Positions 7,532-12,328 of a DNA stretch of 12,328 nt are shown here, one piece after another (the first letter of the stretch is position 1; each line of letters opens with the position of its first letter). This DNA is from Candidatus Micrarchaeota archaeon (GTDB taxonomy: Archaea; Micrarchaeota; Micrarchaeia; Anstonellales; Bilamarchaeaceae). Location: positions 28,183 through 40,510 of the forward strand of contig JBBITJ010000004.1 of the NCBI GenBank assembly GCA_037440825.1. The letters are read 5' to 3'. The notes below the pieces were generated by a model. That model worked only from the letters and a program-made list of their open reading frames with translations. It did not search any database and was not told the origin of the DNA. Made by a program: the position numbers and the translations under genes.

Positions 7532-8392
7532 ATGCCTCCCAATCCTAAGAATGTCAAGATAGGGCTCATCCAGATGAAGATGGTTCCAGAACCGGAGAAG
7601 AACCTCGCGCACGCGATAAGTCTGATAGGGAAAGCTGCCGCGCGCGGCGCGAAAATAATCTGCCTGCCGGAGCTCTTCACCACGAAATATTTCGCCCAGC
7701 ACAGGGGCAAGGCGGAGCAGTTTTCCGAATCGATCCGGGGGCGCACCGCAGAAGCGCTTTCAGAAGCCGCGCGCAAGAACAAAGTCGTGCTGGTGGGCGG
7801 CTCCATCTATGAAAAGGCGGGGGGCAGGCTCTACAACACGTCCATGGTCTTCGACAACACGGGCAGGATGCTCGGCAAGTACAGGAAAATCCACATCCCG
7901 CACGATGAAATGTACTGGGAAAAGGACTATTTCGAGGGTGGCGACAGCGGCTTCAAGGTTTTCGACACCCCTTACGGAAAAGTTGGTGTGCTCATCTGCT
8001 ACGACCAGTGGTTCCCGGAAGCGGCAAGGGTAAATGCGCTCATGGGAGCTGAAATCGTCTTCTACCCCACAGCGATAGGCATCGTGGACGGGATAGAGCA
8101 GGCCGAAGGGAGCTGGCAGGACGCCTGGGAGAACGTGATGAGGGGGCACGCGATAGCCAACGGCATGTTCGTGTGCGCGGTGAACCGCTGCGGCAGGGAG
8201 GAAAAGATATCCTTCTGGGGCGGCTCGTTCGTGTGCGACGCGTTCGGCAAGACGCTTGGCCGGGCAGGAAACGATGAGGAAGTGCTCGTGGTGGATGCTG
8301 ATCTAGATTTGGGAAGGAGAGTGAAAGAAGGCTGGCATTTCTTCGAGAACAGGAGGCCTGAATCTTATTCCAAGCTGGTGGAAAAGAAATGA
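7532..8392 (+). CDS. aguB: N-carbamoylputrescine amidohydrolase (carbon-nitrogen hydrolase family)
   Basis: Nitrilase-fold Glu-Lys-Cys triad (LPELF, YRKIHIP, ICYDQWFPEAAR), YPTAIG, GHAIAN, FWGGSF; coupled to agmatine deiminase. Confidence 0.9.
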   Translation: MPPNPKNVKIGLIQMKMVPEPEKNLAHAISLIGKAAARGAKIICLPELFTTKYFAQHRGKAEQFSESIRGRTAEALSEAARKNKVVLVGGSIYEKAGGRLYNTSMVFDNTGRMLGKYRKIHIPHDEMYWEKDYFEGGDSGFKVFDTPYGKVGVLICYDQWFPEAARVNALMGAEIVFYPTAIGIVDGIEQAEGSWQDAWENVMRGHAIANGMFVCAVNRCGREEKISFWGGSFVCDAFGKTLGRAGNDEEVLVVDADLDLGRRVKEGWHFFENRRPESYSKLVEKK

Positions 8393-9474
8393 GCATCAGT
8401 TATAAACAAGAAACCCAAAACATGAAACCGCAGACTCCCTGCGGTGCCGGCTACTACATGCCCGCCGAGTGGGCGCCCCACGAAGCGACGTGGCTCTCCT
8501 GGCCCACAAACGAAATAACATTTCCTCCGCGCATAATCGCGAAGGTGGAGGACGCTTATTGCAGGATGATTACTGCCCTGAGTTCGGGGGAGAAAGTTAA
8601 CGTGCTCGTGAACGGCGTGGTTGAAGAGGAGCGCGCGGCAGGATTACTGTCCGAATACGGGGCGGTGGAGAAAAACGTGATATTCCGCAGGATAAAGAGC
8701 GCGGATGTGTGGATACGGGACTACGCCCCCACATTCCTGCTCAATCGCTACACCGGGAAGAAAGCGGCGGTGAAATGGAGGTACAACGCCTACGGCGGCA
8801 AGTACGACGACCTGCTTTACGATGACATAACCGGCGGCGAAGTGGCGAAAGCCTCGGGCGTGAAAGTGTTCGAGCCGGGCATCGTGCTGGAAGGCGGCTC
8901 GATAGACGTGGACGGAAAAGGCACCCTCATAACCACGGAGCAGTGCCTTCTCAACAAGAACCGCAACCCCTCGCTCAGCAGGGCGCAGATCGAGGATGTG
9001 CTGAAGGACTATTGCGGCGTTTCCAAAATCATCTGGCTCAAATTCGGGATAGAGGGTGACGACACGGATGGCCATGTGGACGATTTCGCGCGCTTCGTCT
9101 CCAAAGGCACGGTGCTGTGCGCGCACGGCGGAACCGGAGGAAGAGACAGCCGCGTGCTGGATAAGAATCTCGAGATTCTCAAATCAGAGACGGACGCGGA
9201 CGGAGAAAAATTGGAAGTGGTAAAGCTGCCCATGCCCAAGCCGCTGGTCGACGAGGAGGAGAACCGGCAGCTTCCTGCCAGCTACGCCAACTTCTACGTG
9301 GGAAACAAGGTGGTCCTGCTTCCCGTGTTCGGGGACGCCAAAGACAAGGAAGCGGTGCGGCTGCTTTCTGAAACGTTCCCCGGAAGGGAAGTGGTTCCGA
9401 TAATGGCGCGCGAGCTGGTGTTTGGATACGGAGGGATACACTGCGTCACGCAGCAGGAGCCTGCTGAGCAATGA
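8389..9474 (+). CDS. aguA: Agmatine deiminase
   Basis: MPAEWAPH, DVWIRDY, EGGSIDVDGKGT, DDTDGHVDD, SYANFY and GGIHCVTQQEP (catalytic Cys). ATGA overlap with the aguB stop supports start 8389; alternative ATG at 8422. Confidence 0.95.
   Translation: MSISYKQETQNMKPQTPCGAGYYMPAEWAPHEATWLSWPTNEITFPPRIIAKVEDAYCRMITALSSGEKVNVLVNGVVEEERAAGLLSEYGAVEKNVIFRRIKSADVWIRDYAPTFLLNRYTGKKAAVKWRYNAYGGKYDDLLYDDITGGEVAKASGVKVFEPGIVLEGGSIDVDGKGTLITTEQCLLNKNRNPSLSRAQIEDVLKDYCGVSKIIWLKFGIEGDDTDGHVDDFARFVSKGTVLCAHGGTGGRDSRVLDKNLEILKSETDADGEKLEVVKLPMPKPLVDEEENRQLPASYANFYVGNKVVLLPVFGDAKDKEAVRLLSETFPGREVVPIMARELVFGYGGIHCVTQQEPAEQ
8404..8438 (+). repeat. Degenerate heptamer tandem array E (5 units), inside the aguA 5' end
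   Basis: aaacaag/aaaccca/aaacatg/aaaccgc/agactcc; translated as KQETQNMKPQTP. Confidence 0.75.
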
Positions 9475-9529
9475 AGGTTCTCGGTTCCGTGTTTTGCGGC
9501 GAAACCCTCGACCCTGAACACAAAACCGC
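9474..9529. repeat. Bipartite inverted heptamer array F directly after the aguA stop
   Basis: aaggttc/tcggttc/cgtgttt (9474-9494), 7-nt spacer tgcggcg, then aaaccct/cgaccct/gaacaca/aaaccgc (9502-9529). Confidence 0.8.
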
Positions 9530-9581
9530 CAAATAAACATCCCCACCCCAAGGAGCGGGGTATTCCGATAAAGAATAAAAC

Positions 9582-9596
9582 GTGAGAATTATAAAT
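9582..9596 (+). promoter_or_regulatory. Archaeal BRE/TATA for the UbiA gene (probably leaderless transcript)
   Basis: Purine-rich GTGAGAA followed by TTATAAAT (9589-9596), starting 29 nt upstream of ATG 9618. Confidence 0.6.
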
Positions 9597-9617
9597 AATC
9601 TCCCCATATTTAGAGCC

Positions 9618-10487
9618 ATGTCCCTCGTGAAAAAATTTTTCGCCTTACTGAGGCTCGTGCGCTTCGAGCACGCGATAATGTTCGGCATTTCAGTGCTTAT
9701 CGCAGAGCTGATCTCGACGCAGGGCGCGCTCGCTCCAGACGCAGTCATACTGTTTTCCCTCCTCGTCCCGGTATTCAGCGAGATGGGCGCGTTCGCTATG
9801 AACGACCTGCTGGATATAGAGAGCGACAGGCTGAACCGTAAAAACGACCGTCCGCTTGTGATCGGAGAACTAACTCCGCAGTTCGCGCTCGCGGTAACCA
9901 TGGTATCATTCTTCCTCGCGCTCGCGTTCGCCTACGCGGTCAGCCCGGTGATATTCGTGCTCGCGATAATCATCAACGTGCTCGCAATCCTCTACAACAT
10001 CGTCCTGAAGGACCTGCCGCTGCTCGGGAACGTGTACATAGCGTTCACGATGGCGATACCGTTCGTATTCGGCAACTACGTGGTGAGCGAGGCGCTCAAC
10101 CCGGCCAACCTGATTCTTGCGCTCATGGGCTTCCTCGTCGGGCTCGGCAGGGAGATAGCCAAGAGCGTGGAGGACATGCAGGGGGACAAGAAAGCTAGGA
10201 AATCGAAGACTCTTCCGGTCGTGATCGGCTCCGAGAAGTCCCTCACCATAGCCGGAATACTTTACGCGATGTTCGCGATCGCCAGCGTAGTTCCGTATTA
10301 CAACTACCTGAACGTGGGCTCAGGCTTCGCGCTCGTGCTCATAGCCGACGCGGCGTTCCTCTACATGTCCGTGATGCTGATATTCTCGAGAAGGAAGGTG
10401 CCGTTCCTCAAGACTGCGAGGAATCTCAGCCTGGTCGCGCTATTCATCGGGCTGATGGGCATATTGGTCTCGGTGCTCGGCTATTGA
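9618..10487 (+). CDS. UbiA-family prenyltransferase, probably digeranylgeranylglyceryl phosphate (DGGGP) synthase
   Basis: Asp-rich motif 1 NDLLDIESDRLNRKNDRPL, YN..LK...LLGN, motif 2 REIAKSVEDMQGD and about 9 TM segments. ATG 9618 is preferred because GTG 9582 lies upstream of the TATA box. Confidence 0.85.
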   Translation: MSLVKKFFALLRLVRFEHAIMFGISVLIAELISTQGALAPDAVILFSLLVPVFSEMGAFAMNDLLDIESDRLNRKNDRPLVIGELTPQFALAVTMVSFFLALAFAYAVSPVIFVLAIIINVLAILYNIVLKDLPLLGNVYIAFTMAIPFVFGNYVVSEALNPANLILALMGFLVGLGREIAKSVEDMQGDKKARKSKTLPVVIGSEKSLTIAGILYAMFAIASVVPYYNYLNVGSGFALVLIADAAFLYMSVMLIFSRRKVPFLKTARNLSLVALFIGLMGILVSVLGY

Positions 10488-10503
10488 AAATGGAAAAATA
10501 ATT
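10488..10503 (-). terminator. Oligo-T tracts downstream of tRNA-Pro (possible archaeal terminator)
   Basis: Minus strand reads AATTATTTTTCCATTT immediately after the discriminator base. Confidence 0.35.
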
Positions 10504-10576
10504 TGGGATCGCTGAGATTTGAACTCAGATAACAAACTCCCGAAGCTTGCAGCATACCAGGTTAGCTCACGATCCC
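10504..10576 (-). tRNA. tRNA-Pro (anticodon CGG), intronless, CCA not encoded
   Basis: GGGATCG TG AGCT AACCTGGTA TGCT G CAAGC TTCGGGA GTTTG TTAT CTGAG TTCAAAT CTCAG CGATCCC A folds as a cloverleaf. Anticodon at 10542-10540, G1-C72, A73. Confidence 0.96.
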
Positions 10577-10601
10577 ACAAAAAAGAGCAGTGGGACTAAT
10601 C

Positions 10602-10649
10602 TTTATTAAACATATTTTATAATTCATTAACGAATGTTTTTAAAAGTGA
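10602..10649. promoter_or_regulatory. Back-to-back divergent TATA boxes for tRNA-Pro and gltX
   Basis: Minus-strand TTTAATAAA (10602-10610, 26-34 nt upstream of the tRNA 5' end), plus-strand TTTTATAA (10615-10622), and SD-like GTGA (10646-10649) before ATG 10654. Confidence 0.55.
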
Positions 10650-10653
10650 TTTC

Positions 10654-12328
10654 ATGCTCCTAAATGAGATAATCCGCAAGCACGCGCTCAAGAACGCATT
10701 CGATTACGGGAAGGCGAACCCCGGCTCCATCGTAGGGAAGGTCATAGCCGAGTTTCCGGAAGCGAAGGCGGACATGAAAGGCACGATGGCGCTCATCAGC
10801 TCTGCGGTCGCGGAAGTGAACAAGCTGGAGAAAGCCGCGATAGAATCAGAGCTCAAGAACTACTCTTTTGCCGAGAAGAAAATAGAAGAGAGGAAGATCA
10901 CCCTTCCCAACGCAATAGAGGGCAAGGTCGTAACCCGTTTCCCTCCAGAGCCGAGCGGCTACCCGCACATCGGGCACGCGAAGGCAGCGTTCCTGGATTC
11001 CGAAGCGGCGAAGGCGTACAATGGAATAATGCATCTTCAGTTTGATGATACGAATCCTGAAAAGGAGAAGCAGGAATACGTGGATGCGCTCAAGGATGGG
11101 TTGAAATGGCTTGGCATATCCTGGGACAAGGAATTTTACACTTCAGACTACATGCAGGAAATCTACGATTACGCTGAAAAGGGGATTTCCAGCGGCGTGC
11201 TCTACGTGTGCACGTGCACGCAGGAGCAGACGAGCGAGAACCGCGAGAAAGGCAAGCCGTGCGCGTGCAGCAGCCTCGGAAATGGCGAGCACTTGGCTAG
11301 ATGGAAGAGGATGCATTCTGATTACAAGGAAGGCGAAGCTGTCGTCCGTTTCCGCGGGGACATGAAGGCAGCGAACACCACGCTGCGCGACCCCACGATG
11401 CTGCGCATAATAGACGCACCTCATTACAGGCAGGGAAAGAAATACCGCGTGTGGCCGAATTACGATTTCGCGACCCCTATTCTTACGGAAAAGATGGGTG
11501 TTACGCATATAATGAGGAGCAAGGAATACGAGCTGCGGGACGAGCTCTACTCCAGGATATGTGCCGCGCTCGGAATCCCCAAAGTCGAGGTCGTCGGCTT
11601 TTCCCGCCTCAACATCAAGAACGCGCCGATAAGCAAGAGGCTCATCACACCCCTCGTAGAAGAAGGGAAAGTGATGGGCTGGGACGATCCCCGGCTTCCT
11701 ACTCTCAAAGGGCTCGCCAGAAGGGGCGTGCTTCCAGAAGCGGTGAAGAATTTCGTGTTGTCTTTCGGACTCTCAAAAGTGGAGAGCGAGCCTGGCTGGG
11801 AGAAGCTCCTTTCGGAAAACCGGAAGCTGCTGGAGCCGCAGGCGAAGCACTATTTCTTCGTACCAAATCCGGTCAAGCTGAAGATAAAATGGGCGAAGCC
11901 GCAAATCGTGGAGCTGCGGCTGCATCCGAAGGAGAACCTGGGTTCGAGGAAGATTTCCGTTTCAGACTACGTCTTCATCTCAGGTGACGATTTCGAAAAG
12001 ATTCAGGAAGGCGAGACGTTCCGCCTCAAGGACCTTTACAATGTGAAAATGGCCTCAAAATCAGGGCGCGAGGCGGAATTCGCAGGGGACACCGGAACAG
12101 TGGAGAAGAAGATCCAGTGGGTAGCTGATTGCGTGGAAGCCGAGGTCCTGAAGCCGCACGACCTACTGAACGACGATGAGACGTTCAACGACAACAGCCT
12201 GGAGATTGTGAAGGGGTACGCGGAGAAGGGCGTAGAAACGCTGAAGGAAGGCGAAATCATCCAGTTCGAGAGATTCGGATTCTGCAGGCTGGACAAGAAA
12301 CGCCCGTTAGTATTCATCTATTCTTGTT
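10654..12328 (+). CDS. gltX: Glutamyl-tRNA synthetase, archaeal type (stop just beyond the window edge; absent from the ORF track)
   Basis: Hand translation is open for 558 codons. MLLNEIIRKHALKNAFDYGKA (archaeal N-terminal domain), VVTRFPPEPSGYPHIGHAKA (HIGH), FDDTNP, CTC...CAC zinc motif, RDP, WPNYDF, PISKR (KMSKS-like), GWDDPRLPTL, QFERFGFCRLD, ending FIYSC. Base 12328 is likely the first base of the stop codon. Confidence 0.96.
   Translation, partial: MLLNEIIRKHALKNAFDYGKANPGSIVGKVIAEFPEAKADMKGTMALISSAVAEVNKLEKAAIESELKNYSFAEKKIEERKITLPNAIEGKVVTRFPPEPSGYPHIGHAKAAFLDSEAAKAYNGIMHLQFDDTNPEKEKQEYVDALKDGLKWLGISWDKEFYTSDYMQEIYDYAEKGISSGVLYVCTCTQEQTSENREKGKPCACSSLGNGEHLARWKRMHSDYKEGEAVVRFRGDMKAANTTLRDPTMLRIIDAPHYRQGKKYRVWPNYDFATPILTEKMGVTHIMRSKEYELRDELYSRICAALGIPKVEVVGFSRLNIKNAPISKRLITPLVEEGKVMGWDDPRLPTLKGLARRGVLPEAVKNFVLSFGLSKVESEPGWEKLLSENRKLLEPQAKHYFFVPNPVKLKIKWAKPQIVELRLHPKENLGSRKISVSDYVFISGDDFEKIQEGETFRLKDLYNVKMASKSGREAEFAGDTGTVEKKIQWVADCVEAEVLKPHDLLNDDETFNDNSLEIVKGYAEKGVETLKEGEIIQFERFGFCRLDKKRPLVFIYSC

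Noticed and set aside
442..9529. Arrays as a CRISPR or mini-CRISPR locus
   Set aside because: No 23-47 bp repeats separated by unique spacers and no cas genes; units are 7 bp and contiguous.
9545..9561. Hairpin ACCCC-N7-GGGGT as an intrinsic terminator after aguA
   Set aside because: 5-bp stem with no following T tract; not distinguishable from chance.
10488..10576. tRNA-Pro as the integration site of a mobile element
   Set aside because: No duplicated tRNA 3' end and no integrase seen in the window; flanking genes are housekeeping.
10573..10595. Inverted repeat TCCCAC/GTGGGA overlapping the tRNA 5' end
   Set aside because: Only 6 bp, and the distal arm lies too close to the TATA box to be in the likely transcript.
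10846..12317. ORF-track entries 10846-11034, 11111-11365, 11143-11508, 11451-11987 and 12036-12317, suggesting a fragmented or pseudogenised region
   Set aside because: All are alternative frames of one uninterrupted gltX frame starting at 10654; hand translation shows no stop or frameshift.

Overview
Archaeal chromosomal window. Evidence: archaeal-type GluRS, long-type FKBP, DGGGP-synthase-like UbiA, tRNA-Pro with G1-C72 and no encoded CCA, and TATA boxes about 30 nt upstream of starts. A DPANN/Micrarchaeota-like origin is my inference only. Gene order: 5'-truncated membrane protein, CDF transporter, smc, a sequon-rich membrane-anchored protein (minus strand), FKBP PPIase, an orphan CxxC protein, aguB-aguA (agmatine deiminase route), UbiA prenyltransferase, tRNA-Pro(CGG) (minus strand) and gltX. 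gltX is missing from the ORF track because its stop lies beyond the window edge. The most unusual signal is not explained by the genes: degenerate 7-bp tandem arrays (roughly RRACNNN, reverse complement NNNGTYY) at 6 of the 10 gene junctions. They show an orientation bias (AC-type before or inside gene 5' ends, GT-type right after stop codons). Two are bipartite and inverted in unbroken 7-nt register, two are translated into N-termini, and a shared 14-mer brackets aguBA as an inverted repeat. No mobilising enzyme is in the window, so the function is unresolved.
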